A stretch of DNA of 64,000 bases from Mantamonas sphyraenae STR306 (taxonomy: Eukaryota; Protista; CRuMs): NCBI GenBank assembly GCA_026936335.1, contig JAPMXV010000051.1, positions 62,001 to 126,000 on the forward strand, written 5' to 3'. A model generated the notes under the pieces. The model was not told the origin of the DNA. It worked only from the letters and a program-made list of their open reading frames with translations, and did no database searches. Of the stretch, positions 39,950-51,300 are shown one piece after another; position 1 is the stretch's first letter, and each line of letters begins with the position of its first letter. The position numbers were made by a program, and so were the translations under genes.

Positions 39950-41660
39950 TCAAGAGGTGTTTGCATTGATGCCCGGTCCAATGACGAGAGCCTGAAGGCA
40001 CGCGTTGCAGGAGCAGATGAGAAAGAGCCAAAAATTACGACGGATGTAGTGGAAGCGCACGGCGTCGCACTGCTCGCGCAGAGAGAGGTGCTGCTGTTGG
40101 TCGAGGGAGAGGTAGTCGTTCCACATGCGCAGGGGCGAGTGGGCGGGGAGGGGACCCCAGCGGTCGACGTGGTTGCGCAGGAGGAGGTCGATGCGATCGA
40201 TGTTTCTGCGGGAAATGGGCCACACAACCACGTTGGCGAGAATTTTGGCCAGAAGGAGGGTGGCAAAGAGGGCAATCTTGTTTGTGAGGATGTCTGTGCG
40301 GCCCCAGAACTGGCATGCGAGGAGACAGGGTTCGCCAAAGGCGTAGTCGAGGAGGAGGAAGAGGGGAATGACGAGGGAGCTGAGAGCTTCGGTGAGCATG
40401 TCCTGTGTGGCAACGACCCAAGCGTTTCGCACGCGCGACAGTTCGTCGTAGAGGAGGAATTGCTCACGGGCTTGCTCGGAGCTGATGAGGCCGCCAATGC
40501 GATGTGCGTCTGCACCCACTGTGCGCAATCGCAACCAGTGGATGGCGCCCTGGAGGATTCCAGAGTCTCGTAGGATCAAGCGGATGACCAGAAGGGCGAT
40601 GGAGACGACGCTGATGACGGTGAAGCCGTCGCCGTCGAGGAAGAAGGCGTCGGCAACAACGTCGTCGAACGCGCTAAACAGAAACACAAGGGCACTGCCA
40701 CGCCATGGATCGGTGGCCATGGCACCAGCCTTGCGAAGGACGGTGAAGACAGGTGTCACAACAAGCAGGTAGCTGGCGTTGAGGAGCAGGCGCACGGCTC
40801 CGGAGGGGGCTGCGGAACGCACAAAGGCGAGGAGATCGATGATGATCTGGACGCCAGTGGTGAAGGTGAGGATGATGACGAGGTAGCCGCGGGAATTGCG
40901 AGGAAGTGGGAAGGAGCGCTGTTCGACAAACCCGATGACGCAGCACAACACCGCACAGGCAGCCATGACCGCAGAGCTGACGAGGGGGGAGAGGAGGCCC
41001 AGCGGAGTGAGGAGGCCCTGGATGACAAAGGAGGCGCTGATGAACGCCACAGCCACGGAAAGGGATCGTGAAGTGGAGGGAGAGGCAAGATCGGGCTGCA
41101 GCGGCGCGTACAGCTCGAGCTGGGATGTGGAGCCGTCGTCATTGTTGAATTCAACCCAACGATAGTTCTCTGCGGATGATGGAACGGGTTTGGCGAGGTT
41201 GTCGAGCTGGAGGGCCGGTTGCGGTTGTTTTGCGCGGAAGCGCAGCTCGTACAGGAGGGGGGCGATGACAGTGATGCTAAGGAGTTTGGCACAGATGCTA
41301 AGTGGACGGTAGGTCATGAAGGCTTCCTGTGTGGAGCGTCCAGAGGCCGAGGTGACGGTTGTGAGCTGATTGAATGCAGCGAGGGTCGCCGTGGGCACCA
41401 CGTAGACGGATATGAGGACGATGGTCACCAGGAGATGGTGCGAGAGGGAGAAAGTGCGTGTGGGTGCGTAGTAGGTGGCCAGTATGGCGATGATGGTGAG
41501 GATTTCGATGAGTTGGAGCGGGATCCAGTCGGAAAAGGCGACGAATTGATAATACAGGGTGCAGAGGAAGCAAAAGAGGAGGATGGAGATGTAGAATTGG
41601 GCAATGATGACGCGGAGGGGCGTCAGGAGTACGCCGCGAAGGTCTTTTGAACACAGGAGC
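39950..41660 (-). CDS. Uncharacterised polytopic membrane protein (about 10-12 TM); start not resolved
   Basis: Long ORF with many hydrophobic helices. The ORF-track 5' extension overlaps exon 1 of the next gene, and no clear in-frame ATG was seen near the expected start. Confidence 0.6.
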
Positions 41661-41709
41661 ACGTTGGGTGGTGGGAGGAGGGCGCGGGGTGGAGCAGAAA
41701 AAGTTTTGG

Positions 41710-44074
41710 ATGACGACGACGGCGCACTGGAAGACGATTGTGGAGCAGGGGTGTGGGAGTGTGGAGGAAGTGGGCAAGGCGTTGGCGAGAGCTGGAGAGG
41801 TGAGTGGGTTGGTGGGAAGGTGGTGGACAAGGACACGACGAGCTGACTCTTTTCGCGTAGATCCTGCGGCTGGACATGCGGGAGTGGGACCAGGAGGGGG
41901 CCTTGGTGCTGGCACAGGCATTGAAAGAGACAGAGACACGAGTGCGGGAGTTGGAGTGCGTGTTGATCCGGATGCGAGAGGACGGACTTGCAGCGTTGCT
42001 GGGGTTGACCACGCTTCGGAGGCTGGCGTTGGAGAGATGTCGGGTGGACGTGGAGACGATGAAGAGTGCATTGGAGAGCAACGCAACGCTGAGGGTGCTG
42101 AGTCTGGCGTACGCAGCACTGGGGGACAATGGGGCAGAGGCACTCGGAGAGGTGCTGGCGCTTGACGGGACACGGCTGGAGGAGCTCACGCTGACGGGGA
42201 ACCGCATTGGAGGGTTGGGTGCAGCGGCGTTGGGCAAAGGGCTGACGCAGAACGGGACGATGCGCGTGCTGGGGCTGGAGGTGAATCTCGTCGACGATGC
42301 CGGCGCCGTGGGGCTGGCAAAGGGTCTGGAGGGGAATGGGACGCTAGAAGAGTTGTCGTTGCTTGGAAACAACATTGGGGACGAGGGAGGGGCTAGTTTG
42401 GGGTGTGCTCTGGCAAAGAACACGGCGTTGCGTGTGTTGGGGTTGGCCAAAAACGCGATTGGCAGCCAGGGGGGCACGATGTTGGGTTGGGGCTTGGAGA
42501 GGAACGTGGGTTTGCGCGAGTTGCAACTGTATGGAAACTCAATTGGGGACACAGGTGCAAGTGCGCTGGGTGCGGGGCTGGGAAAGAATTGTGCGTTGGA
42601 ACGGCTGCTTTTGAGCCGCACAGGGATCCGGGACGACGGTGCAATTGCGTTTGGAGCGGGCTTGCGGGACAACCAAACACTGCGTGTGTTGTTTTTGGAT
42701 GCAAACGACATTGGCGAGGAGGGTGGCGAAGCGCTGGGAGCCGGGATTGGCAAGTCGCAGCTGGAAAAGGTGGTGGTGAGTCACAACCTGATCAAAGTGT
42801 GCGGTTGCAACGAGATTGCATACGCGCTCAAGGGCCATGCGACGCTGAGTGAACTGTTCTTGGAAGGGAATGGGATCGGGAATGGCGGAGCGGTGGCGAT
42901 TGCAGGTGCGCTTCGCAACCGTGATGGATGTCTGCGGGTGTTGTCGATCAACATGTGCGATGTTGGTGTCAAAGGGTGCGAGGCCATAGGCAAGGCGTTG
43001 GGTAGGAATGGAACGCTGGAGGAGCTGCGGATGCGGACCAACGAGATTGGCGAAGTGGGCGGGTTGGCGCTGGCCCAGGCATTGGAGACGAACGAGACGC
43101 TGCAAGTGTTGGACCTGAGCTACTGCAGGATTGGAGACAGAGCTGTGCAGGCGGTGGGGGACGCACTGCGAGTGAACCATGGGCTCGTTGAATTGCAATT
43201 GGAGCAGAACGATGTTGGGGATGAGGGTGCGCAGGCTCTGGCGTCGGGGTTGGAGGCAAATGACACGCTGGAGATTCTGCTGCTGAACGTGAACAGGATT
43301 GGAAAGGAAGGCGGTGCTGCGTTGGGGCGGAGTCTGCGGAAGAATCGCAGGCTGCACACGTTCGAAGGCTACCTCAACTGGATCGGGGACGAGGGAGCAG
43401 CCGCTTTTGCGCAAGGGCTGCGTGAAAATGAGACTCTGGTGGAACTGGTTCTGACATTCAACGAGATCGGGGACGAGGGGACAAAGGCGCTGGCGGAGGC
43501 GCTGCGTGGGAACAGGACGCTGCAGGAACTGATGCTGAAGGGGAACACAAAGATTGGCGAGGAGGGAGAAAAGGCAATGGAAGAGGCGATGGAGTGGAAT
43601 CGCACATGCTGTGCGATTTCGGGGGTGAGGAACGTGGATGCGTGGATCACACGCAACCGGAAACAGAGAAAGGCGTTTGGGCAGGCTGTGGGTGACGGAG
43701 ACGTGGAGGAGATGGAGAGACTCAAGGAGTGGGGTGTGGCCATGTCAGGGTTGCGGCGGCAGTCGAGCGTGATCGAGGTGGCTGTGGACAGCGGGCAGGT
43801 GGGAGAGGTGGTGGATCGGCTGAGAGAGTGGGAGGCATGTGTGCGACGACGGGCGGTGAAGAGGGTTCGAGAAAAGGGCTGGAGGAAGGAGTGGCACTGG
43901 ATCGGGTGGAGGGACGAGGCGATGGAGGTGGCACTGGTGATGAACGGTGAGGAGAGGGAGGCGATGTTTGAGTGTGGAGGGATGGACGGGTATGAGCCGA
44001 CTGCACAGTGGATGACACTGCCAGATGAGGTGATGGAAAGGGTGATTGCGTGGGTGGGGAGGATGGGTGGGTGA
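41710..44074 (+). CDS. RI-like LRR (about 20 repeats) + ankyrin-like + C-terminal F-box-like protein (family member 1)
   Basis: Exon 41710-41799, intron 41800-41860 (GTGAGT..CTGAC..TAG), 28-aa repeats N.TL..L.L..N.IG..G; tail WMTLPDEVMERVIAW. Confidence 0.9.
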
Positions 44075-44109
44075 TGGAGAGGCTGGGCGGGGGATCCGTT
44101 GATTTGTGG

Positions 44110-46011
44110 TCAGGCCGGCGCACACAAGAGACAGGTGGCGAGGACGAAGGCGAGGACGGTGGCGCGTTCGATGCGGTGTCGGCGTGCGTAGGCCGGAAGC
44201 TGGCCTGCAAACCAGTCAAAGGCGACGCAAGGGCGACCGCGGCGCCAGTGGCCAAAGGTGTGGCCGATCTCCATCAGAAGGACAATGAAGGCGGCGTTGA
44301 GGTAGCTGGCGAGCCATTGGGTCCAGTGCAGGTTGTGGCGGCGGCGCATGAGGGAAATGCGGTCGCCGGCCCACCAGATCATCCACAGGAGCATGGAGAT
44401 GGGCAGGGCCAAGAGGGCAGAGGAGAATCCCCACAGGTAGCAGAGGAGGGGAAACACCTCGATGACGTGCGGCACGGTGACAAAGACATGCTCGGGACAT
44501 GCGTCGAGGAGGCCCGTGTCAGACACGCTCCAGCGAAGGAAATGAGGGTAGCCTTCGGTCCAAAACGGGTGCACTGCACGTGCCTGGGGACACGTGTGGA
44601 ACGAGGAGCCTGTCTGCAAGCAAAAGGCAATGTCCTCGCCGCCGCCGGTGGGTGCGAAATCACGCGTGTTGAACGCCGTGGCTGCACTGCGCCGCACCAT
44701 CAGGTTAGCCGTGATGCCCCAGGGCAGCGTGTCAAAGTCTTCGGCCGCGCGCCAGAAGTAGGTGACACCAGACAGCTCGACGGCGTGGTCGACGGGCTGG
44801 AGAAAGGTGGAGCCGACAAAACCCACGGCATCGGGGTGGGCCTCGATGGCAGCGGCGTACGTGGAGAGCAGGTCTGCCATGGGCTTGACGTCGTCGTCCA
44901 GGAAGAGGATCCACTCGCCCGTGCCCTCTTCCATGCCTCGGTTGCGTGCAGCGGAGGCCCCACGATTGCCGTAGCCCGTGCGGCGCACACGCGTGCGCTT
45001 GTCCTCCAGCTGCGCCAGGTACGCATCCGAAGCGTCCGGATGGTCGACAATGACAAAGAAGGACACGCTGAGGCCGTTGGGGATGTCCATGCGACGGATG
45101 TGGTCGATGGTGTTGTCGCGCAGTCGGTAGTTTGGCACCACCACATCCACACAGGTGACCCTGCGCACTGCATGCGTCTCCTCCTCCTCCTCCTCCAGGT
45201 ACCTTTGGATGGTGTCGATCCCCTGGGGCAGCTCGCGCGTTTGCCATCCGTCGGCGTGAGCAGGGTCGTATAGGGGCGGACGCGTCTCTTTGTCCAGGCC
45301 GCCGCGGCCGTTGCGCAGGCGCACGCCGTCGCAGAACACGGCGCATCCAAAGCGACGGTACAACTCAAACATCCACGGGTCGGCGTCCTGGTTGACAAAG
45401 CGTGGCGGGATGGCGTGGTCGCCAAAGATGGCCACATGACGCCGGGACAGCACGGGAAAGGTGGGGAATCCAGGCGCTGCTTCGTCAGGAAGGGCCACAC
45501 AGCCAAATTGGGCCAATCCCGTGACGAGTTCCAACTTGGCAAACTCCTGGCGGACGATGTGCGGCCATCCGACAGTGCCGACCTCGACATCATCGCCCAG
45601 CAGCACCATCAGATCGCAATGGGCCACGGAAGCGGCCTCTTGCATCAACAGGTTCCAAATGGTGCAGATCTGGCCGGTTTTGCCGTGGGTGCGGAACAGA
45701 TGCAGTCGGTGCGGCAGCGACTGCATCGCCTGGTGCAGCCGCTCACAGAGGGATTCCATGGACGGGGCGTCCTGCACAACGGCGTCGATGTCGTCCAAGG
45801 CCACAAAGACGAGCACTCGTGGCGCGTCTTGCTCCGTGTCCGTGAGCGACCAGTTTTGGGCCAGCTGCTGGACATCCAGCCAAAACTCATCCGGGGTTTT
45901 CCCGCGCGAGGTCAGCGGCAGCAGGATGGCAAGGGTTGGTTCCTGGTCCAGGGTGTGGGTTGGGGGCTGTGGGGTGTGGTTGTTGCAGTGGTTGCAGTGG
46001 ATGCGTTGCAT
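44110..46011 (-). CDS. Tandem GT-A fold glycosyltransferase (GT2-like) with C-terminal TM helices
   Basis: N-domain AILLPLTSR..IWNLL..MVLLGDDV; C-domain VDVVVPNY..GASAARNRGM..WILFLDDDV..GGGED. Intronless. Confidence 0.85.
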   Translation of the reverse strand: MQRIHCNHCNNHTPQPPTHTLDQEPTLAILLPLTSRGKTPDEFWLDVQQLAQNWSLTDTEQDAPRVLVFVALDDIDAVVQDAPSMESLCERLHQAMQSLPHRLHLFRTHGKTGQICTIWNLLMQEAASVAHCDLMVLLGDDVEVGTVGWPHIVRQEFAKLELVTGLAQFGCVALPDEAAPGFPTFPVLSRRHVAIFGDHAIPPRFVNQDADPWMFELYRRFGCAVFCDGVRLRNGRGGLDKETRPPLYDPAHADGWQTRELPQGIDTIQRYLEEEEEETHAVRRVTCVDVVVPNYRLRDNTIDHIRRMDIPNGLSVSFFVIVDHPDASDAYLAQLEDKRTRVRRTGYGNRGASAARNRGMEEGTGEWILFLDDDVKPMADLLSTYAAAIEAHPDAVGFVGSTFLQPVDHAVELSGVTYFWRAAEDFDTLPWGITANLMVRRSAATAFNTRDFAPTGGGEDIAFCLQTGSSFHTCPQARAVHPFWTEGYPHFLRWSVSDTGLLDACPEHVFVTVPHVIEVFPLLCYLWGFSSALLALPISMLLWMIWWAGDRISLMRRRHNLHWTQWLASYLNAAFIVLLMEIGHTFGHWRRGRPCVAFDWFAGQLPAYARRHRIERATVLAFVLATCLLCAPA

Positions 46012-46051
46012 TGCGCGTTTTTGGGTTGGGTGGGTGTGCGAGCGGGTGCCT

Positions 46052-47768
46052 TCAGTTCCACTCTGTGTTTGCCATCCAGGCCAACACGCGGGCCATCACC
46101 TCGTCTGGAAGGGTGCTCCACAGTGCGGTGGGTTCGTATGAGTCCATGCCTCCTGCGTCAAACATGACGTCGCGTTCGTGCGAGTTGATGACCAGTGCCA
46201 GCTCCAAGGATTGGTCGAGGGCATGGGTGCCTCCGATCCAATGCCATTCCTTTCTCCAGGCCATTTCTCTGACCATTTCCTCTGTGTCCAGTCTTGGCGT
46301 GGCGCCCCATGCCCTCAAACGTGCCAATGCGTCGTCATGCCTGTGCTTGATGGCCAGCTCCAGTGCGGTGTCGTTGCCCATCCACACGTTTGCACACACA
46401 CCCCACTGCCGCAACGCGTCCATCTGCTCGATGTCTCCTGCCTCCACGGCGGCCAGGTACGCGTCGGCCTTGACCGTGTTGCGTTCGCATGCACGTGCGA
46501 GGACGTTGTCGCTTGCACGCACCTGCCAGCATGTCCTGTTGACACGCATGGCCCTGCCCAACATCGCTGTGTGCTCTCTGGCCACGTTGGTGGTCCTCAG
46601 GTCCAACCGCTGCAGGGTTGAATTCTTGCCCAACGCGCGGGCCATTGCCTGGATGCCTGCCTCGTACACATTTGCCATCCCCACCATCAGGCTGTGCAGC
46701 GTGGTGTTTGTCTCTAGCGCCATGGCCAATGCCTCGGCTCCCTCGTCTCCCACTTGAGCGTTGTTCAGATTCAACACCAGAAGTGTGTGGTTGTCGGCCA
46801 GCGGCGACGCAAGGGCAACGGCGGCGTCGCTCCCCAACGGGTTCGAGGACAGTTTCAACACCTCCAATGCACTCCCCTCTGCCGCCAAACACTGTGCAAG
46901 TGCCGCTGCGCCTGTGGTTGCCACCTTGTTGCAGCTCAGATCCAGCTCACGCAGCACGCTGGGGATTGCCAGCGCAACCACACCCGTGTCTCCAATGAAG
47001 TTCTGGAACAGGTTCAGTTTGCAAAGGCTGCGGTTCTTGGCCAGTGCCTTTCCCAGTTCCACAGCTCCACTGTCCCCGATGACGTTGTTGTAGGCGACCA
47101 GCGAGGTGAGCGAGCAGGTGGAGGACGCCAGCGCCAACCCCAGGGCAGCGGCAGCGTTGGGGCCAATCCCATTGCTGCTCACATTCAATTCCCGCAGCGT
47201 TGTGTTTGTACACAGGGCGTGTGCAATGGCCTTTCCGCCACCCTCTCCGATCTTGTTGTCGAGCAAGACGAGGCGGCAAAGGGACGAATTCCTCGCCAGC
47301 GCCTTGGCCAGCGCCACGGCGCCCTCTTCTCCGATAGAGTTGCTTTCGAGGTTCAACTCCACCAATGTGCTGTCTGCGTCCATGGCCCTGCTCACTGCCA
47401 CTGTGCCTGGATCACGGAGGTTGCAGGAGGAGAGTGCCAGACCTTGAAGCGTCCGGTTGTCCACCACAGCCTGCCCCAGCGCAGTCAGGCTGTCCTCGTC
47501 TGTCGACGACCAGTCCAGGTTTAGTTTGACCGTGGTTTGGTTGGTGGAGAGGGCCTGTGCCAGCAGATTCAGGCTTTGCGAGTGGCAGCACACCAACACT
47601 TGCTGTCAACTGAGTCAGAGGTGTGGATGCGGGGTGGGTGGGGTGCAACATGGTCGTCTTTCTTACCTCTCCTGCCACCTCCAGTGCGTTTTGAACCTCG
47701 GTGAGACTCGCAAGCTCGGAGAGGAGCTGCTGCAGATCCGTTTCAAAGTACTCTTCCTCCTCCTCCAT
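46052..47768 (-). CDS. LRR + ankyrin + C-terminal F-box-like protein (family member 2)
   Basis: Exon 47768-47667, intron 47666-47603 (GTAAGA..CTGAC..CAG); RI-like LRRs; ankyrin GNDTALELAI; tail WSTLPDEVMARVLAW. Confidence 0.9.
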
Positions 47769-47793
47769 TTGTGTTGGCCGAGTGGACGCATGG

Positions 47794-48336
47794 TCATCCT
47801 CCCCTGGCCATCCATGTGATCACACGCTCCATCACTTCATCTGGGAGGGTACTCCACAAGGCAGTCGGAGCATACGCGTCGATTCCGCCGGCGTGGAACA
47901 TCGCCTCGCGTTCCTCGCTGTTCATAACCAGCGCCAGCTCCAAAGAGTCATCCAAAGCCTTTGAGCCACCCACCCAATGCCATTCTCGTCTCCAGTCCTG
48001 CTTGCGAACCATCGTCACTGTCTGTGTCCGTGCAGAGGCGCCCCACAGACGGAGGATCGCCACGGAGCCGTCCTGCCCACTGGCAATGGCTGCCTCCAAT
48101 GCAGTCACGCCTCGTGGACACGTATCAACAGGCACTCCCCATTGCCGCAGTTTCTCCATCTGTGGTGTGTCCCCAGCCTCGCTGGCGGCAACAAACGCCT
48201 CGGCTTGGTCCTTGTTCCGCTTGCATGCCTCTGCAATCGCCGTGTCGTTCACACCCATGAGTCCCCAGCATGACCTGTTGGTTTCCATGACCTGGCGCAG
48301 CATGGTTGTCCCTGCGTGTCCGATGTCGTTGTGGTA
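47794..48336 (-). pseudogene. 3' half of LRR/ankyrin/F-box-like family member 3, detached by the insertion
   Basis: Reads YHNDIGHAGTTMLRQVMETNRSC..GVTALEAAI..WSTLPDEVMERVITW. It begins mid-LRR, with an in-frame stop 3 codons upstream in unrelated sequence. Confidence 0.85.
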
Positions 48337-51300
48337 CTGGGTATTTCAAATGAGCGACTCTTTTTTTTTCAGGTCGGGCGCGGGCAATGAAGGACTGTGT
48401 GTCCAATTGTATTGTTCCATTCTGTGCTTGCACTGGGGTGCTTTCCTCGTCCAAGTTGCTCCTCCCGATATGGAATCGTGGACTGGAGTTGTAGCGGTAT
48501 GCAAGGGCCCCGTGCATATCTGTGTACACCTGCCGTGATGGAAACCATACGAATGCGCGTCTATGTCATCCATTCTCACCATCAACATCAGTACGGACGC
48601 TTGTGTGGCGACGTGGCGCTTGCAGGTTGGTTCTCTGAGACAACCATAGGGCAGATTGATGTGAGAGCCCAGCCAAATTGAATGGATCGCTCGCTGTTGG
48701 GTTCACACCCGGTACCTCCCCTGCAGCTGCTGCAACTGATGACGCCGCTCAGAGCAAAAAGGGGCAAAAAAGCGCTGCGTCTCGCAACAAAACGAACACA
48801 AGATGGACATTGTCGACGTATCTTGCTCTTCGTCCTCCTCAGCGTCCTCTTCGGCCTTTGAATCTTCTCACTCATCTTCCTCGGCTCCTTCCTCGAGACA
48901 GGGAAGACCACGTCGACGACGTGGAAAGGGACGTCTGCGAAAGCGAAGGGTCAAGGTGATCTGTGAGCAGCTGGAGCAGCTGAAGCTGCTCGCCGTGTTT
49001 ATGTCCGAAGAGGAGTTGGTGAAACTTGTGAAGCCTGTCCATGATGCTTTTCAGACGCTGAAGGCGAAAGACGGGAACCCGTCCTCTACCGTCACTGCGG
49101 CGCATGTCCAGCTTCTCCGTGGACTGGCTACAGACGTACACGACCGGTACACGAAAGACGAGTACCATGACATTGTCAAGTACCTGAACGAACTCGCAGA
49201 CAGCTTGGATAGGCTGTGTGTCTATCATATGCTGGACAGTGAGGACAAAGAAGCAAACGGTCAAACGCAAACGCAAACTGCTGCGTTCCATGGCAAACAG
49301 CAGCAGGCCAGTGCTCTGGGGAAGCTGCAGGCAACAGCATTGAGCTACCCAACCGTTGTATCCGTGGACACAAGCGAGCACGACAACGAGATTGTGGTTG
49401 AGATGCTGCCGCGCGGGACCAAGGCGGGGGCCCCAGCCCTACACAAAACGAAGCACAAGCTCATTGGCTACGCTCAGGGCTGTGGTGGCATCCTACTGCG
49501 TCCTGAGGGCCTTTCCCAGGATCTGTGCTATGTGGACAAACTCGCTGCTGGTGCTGCATTCGTTGGCAAAGACCCGTTCGTACAGGTGCTGTTTCCCAAG
49601 TCGCTCGACAGCATCTTTCTGCATCTGGATCTGTCCTGCCTGTGTAAGTGCACGTGTGACAAACTAACGTTGCTCAACACACTCACATACTATCAGATGG
49701 ACGCGTTTACTACCCGCCTCGCCTCGTCGGCAAAACGGAGGAGACACGGACGCAGCTGCTGCGGCAGTGGGTAGAGGATCTGTGCAAGGCCATTGAAGCA
49801 ATCTTGGCAGCGTTTCGACGCACGTTCGAGTTCTGCATCCTTGTTGTTGCTACCGAGCAGTACTCGGAGACGGACAAACTACTCGACGGTTTGTGCCACC
49901 CCAAGGACGCAGGGCACGCGGATGAGCTTCTGAAACGCATCATACGCAACCCAGAGCACGACACTTCCATAGCCAATGGCAAGAACCATGCATTGTATGC
50001 CCACTTCGCAACAAGCTTTGCACAAAGATTTCCCGCCCTTGATCTGGGTCCTCACGTTCAGTTCTCCTCCTGTGGGGCTGCCAAGGTGAAAGAAGACACG
50101 CTGGAGTGTATTCCGGACGTGGTGGAGGAGGTGAGAGACGGGGGTGGTGTCCTGTTTGTCCGTCCTGGGGAACACCACGGTGGGGTGGAAGCCGAGCAGC
50201 AGCTGTGGGCGATGCAGCGGGTCCTGCACAAGGTATACCAGGGCGAGGCAGTCCTGGCTGATGTCGGCGTGGATTCGGACCACGTGCGATCACTGTCCGA
50301 CCTGCCAGTGACCAAGATCTTTTTCAGGATCGACGGATCGGCGGTGCTTACCTCTCAGGCCACACGTCACGCCCTTGCTTGCGCGGCAACTGTGATGGAT
50401 TGGAACGATCACACGCCTACTCCGGATGGTACTCTGTGCCTGAGCCGCTACAGCCACGCCGTGCTTTCCGTTGTGGGGTGCCGAGAATCGTACACGGGAG
50501 AACGCCTGCTCCTGCTGGCCAGGGGGCACGAAGCACCCAAACATTGGCCAGAATCGGAGGTCCAGTTCACGCCCAAGGTTGTGGATGGCTTGGAGTCACT
50601 GGTGGAAGCTGCCGCGGCCACGACCAAAACCACGTCCAAGATCGGGCCTGCGTTTGACGCGCTGGAGCCAGAGGACGTTGCTCATTTAGAGCACCACCTG
50701 CATTCCGTCTCCAAGTACGTGGAATGCAGCCTGCAAGAGGTGTTTGGGACGGATGAGGCAGGTGTATCTGCTGCGAGGAGGCGTGAAAGTCGATCACGGG
50801 GTGCCGATCCGTTCAAGAAGCTCCTGTTGTCGAAGAAGGCCACGTACCGGTGGGTATGGTACAGGTGGCATCGAAGGCAAGTGCGCAATGGGTACGTGGG
50901 AAGCGCGGTGGACAGTCTCACCGCTTTCGGGGAGCTGCTCATCACCCGGCGCATCATTCACGAATCTGGCCTCTTCATGGTGTACCAGGACGGCATCTGT
51001 GTTGCTGCGCACGTGCAAGCTGACGTTGACGACGACCTGCATTCGGTTTATTTGCGCGTGGATGCGCGGCAGATGCGTGCCGACATGAGTGAAGGGATGA
51101 GCCGCAGCAAGAAGTCAAATGTGGCGATGAAGAGCTCGCGCAAGCTGTTGAGTGGACAACAAGCCACGTGTCATGGTGAGGCAGCCACTGGGAAGGATGA
51201 CCTGTCTGCGTTCAACGTGCAGGACGGCGAAGACGTGCGAAAGGAGCTGCAACACTTCTTTCGAGTCGCCGGGGCGGAGTTTCGTGCCATGGTCGATGTG

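Noticed and set aside
48346-48911. Small minus-strand ORFs at the element left end (48346-48588, 48588-48911)
   Set aside because: Short, without recognisable motifs, and partly antisense to the Fanzor ORF; not supportable as genes.
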